A DNA stretch of 63,512 nucleotides, filler included, from Choristocarpus tenellus KU-1152 (lineage: Eukaryota; Protista; Phaeophyceae), in NCBI GenBank assembly GCA_964200185.2. It is 13 parts of 13 records of this genome, joined end to end, with 100 filler letters (N's around TTAATTAATTAA, not from the genome) between each part and the next. Parts side by side here need not be neighbours in the genome. Positions count along the whole stretch, not along the records: positions 58,489 to 63,512 come from CAXNAD020012131.1; 12 more parts are not named here. One strand, written 5' to 3'. The notes under the pieces were generated by a model that ran no database searches, was not told the DNA's origin, and worked only from the letters and a program-made list of their open reading frames with translations. The translations under genes were made by a program, and so were the position numbers. Below, piece after piece: positions 61,701 through 63,512 of this stretch; within the stretch, counting starts at the first letter, position 1, and each line of letters starts with the position of its first letter.

Positions 61701-61996
61701 GTGCCATCTGCCACAGTTTAGTGTGTGTGTGTTCAAATGCTGCCCAGTTGACCTTCCCAATACCTGGTATATGCACATACATGTCACATATTGTCCTGTC
61801 CTATTCCCTCACTTCCCCTCATCACACCTCAACCATATCTTCCTTTCATTAATCCTACCCCCCCTCTTCCTCAATATTTCAGGAGAGATGCCAAGCTGTG
61901 TTGGAGGCCTTCCAACCAAATCGATTCCGCAGTGAGTGGGATCTATTTTGGGAACTTGTTGATGAGATGACTGTTTCGTTGGAGACATCCATCATG
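58717..61996 (+). CDS. Multi-exon gene of unknown function (partial)
   Basis: Phase-0 splice-bounded exons 58717-58800, 59066-59806 (247 codons, GTAAGG donor), 61020-61073 and 61883-61996 (ERCQAVLEAFQPNRFRSEWDLFWELVDEM...). Confidence 0.6.
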
Positions 61997-63400
61997 GTGA
62001 GACACCACACCAAACCCACGAAGAGAGAAGTATGTGCAGAAAGTCTTGAGAGTGGAGTTCTGATGTATTTGGTTTGGTTTCTATAGTGGGGGAACTTTGT
62101 TGAGTATAGTAAATGGTAGGTTGGGACCACTTACTACTTGGCGACGTTGAAGGTTGCATCATTGTCCTCACAGTTTATTTGTGAGTAGACATGTTGAGAC
62201 ATCATACCCATTGACATTCTTTCACATATTGTACAAATCAATCTCTGATAAAGCAGTTACTGTTCCTGTCATGAATTTGAATTGCGCCTGTTGGGGCACA
62301 TCCTCACAAGTCAAACATTATGGAGTTAACTCCTTCATTCGCGGATCCCAATCGCTTGTACCCATTTATGTATCTGAGAGTGGTGTAGAACAAATCTTCC
62401 AAAAACCTTGTGAGATATTGACGAATCAAACACTGTCATTGGTACGACTTGTGCTCACAAGCACCAATCATTTGCGAGGGGTTCCACTCATTGCATTGGT
62501 GCTAGCATTTGTTTGAACATGTTTTGTAGATGGGGGAGTGGTATGACATTTATTTATTTGTGCATGTTTCAGAGAGGATGAGTCACCCTGACAAGTATTT
62601 GTATATGTTTTGCTCGGGGAGTTGTACTGACAAATCGTTATGGACACACTGTATGTAGTAGCCTCTTGAATCCTCTTCCCTCCTCCCCTGGAGTAGTAAG
62701 TGTGCAAAAGAATGGCAGACCTCAGGCATGGTTTGATCCACATTAGATTGTTTGCTGATTCTCTTGAGTTGTGAAGATTATTGTGTTGTTTCACTAAGAA
62801 CAAATGCCTACTACTGTAGGATATACTTTGCTGAGGTCGGGAATAAATGTTGAGCTGTGATGAGAGCTATGTGTGGTATGGGCTTTTACAAGTTGCAGAT
62901 TGATGCAAATGCACCAATCAGCTGCATCAATTTCAAGGGGGGGATTTGTGTAAAGGTCCCCACAGTGTATTCCTCACTAGAGTGTTTGGAGACAGGGGGT
63001 GCAGACAGGCAGCCTCTGATCTAAGGGTCTGTTCTTGGCACAATCAGGGATAGTGGTCATAGAAAACCCCATCATATCCTGTTGTGCCCACAGAATTCTA
63101 CGCGTTGCTCCCTTGTGACTGCCCAATCATAACTCATTCTCCAGAAGGCTCAATGTGGCCACCTGCCATGAACTACTTGTTCATCCATGGTGATACCACA
63201 CCTTGACTTAATCCAATTTCACTACACCTTTTCAAACGTGCTCTCAACACTTGCACTGCTAAGGCTTTCTATACCTTGCATGGGCAACGGATTCTAATGG
63301 CAACCTGTGAAACCCCCCCCCTACCCATTCCATCGTGATGGAGTTCATCCTTCAAGTATCATATCCTTACGGGAGAATTCCTGATCCTGTCTAGAATCAA

Positions 63401-63512
63401 GGCTCAAAGTATCTGGGAGGGGGTGGTGACTGTCCATTTGGGGTCAATTTGGTTGCATACGTCAGATGGATAATATACATGCACTTTTCCTGATTTTGAC
63501 CCAAATGGACAC
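63401..63512. mobile_element. MITE family A copy (internal deletion), running off the window end
   Basis: GGCTCAAAGTATCTGGGAGGGGGTGG...AATGGACAC. Confidence 0.85.

Noticed and set aside
1-63512. Most ORFs in the supplied six-frame track
   Set aside because: They are short, overlap repeats or microsatellites, or cross N linkers. Real genes here are spliced and only partly coincide with them.

Overview
Eukaryotic nuclear DNA, intron-rich and transposon-rich. It is not one continuous locus: about 13 short contigs are joined by twelve artificial ~100-nt linkers (N-run, TTAATTAATTAA, N-run), so nothing should be inferred across a linker. The gene structure and the SAHH sequence suggest an ochrophyte/brown-alga-like stramenopile (inference). 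Recognisable host genes are partial, spliced exons of NTF2, S-adenosylhomocysteine hydrolase and ubiquitin-activating enzyme E1, plus several unknown multi-exon genes. Repeats dominate the window: two related MITE families (A ~175-185 bp, B ~260 bp) share a G-N4-AAAGTATCT terminus, and there are Ty1/copia remnants, a 373-bp LTR family, a hAT remnant and a CRE-like non-LTR RT remnant. Two observations stand out. (1) An intronic, antisense, non-autonomous copia derivative has its gag region folded back into a 122-bp near-perfect hairpin, a Mu-killer-like candidate silencing locus. (2) The same LTR family has a perfectly conserved palindromic, non-tRNA-like sequence where the primer-binding site should be. 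No rRNA, tRNA or CRISPR array was seen.
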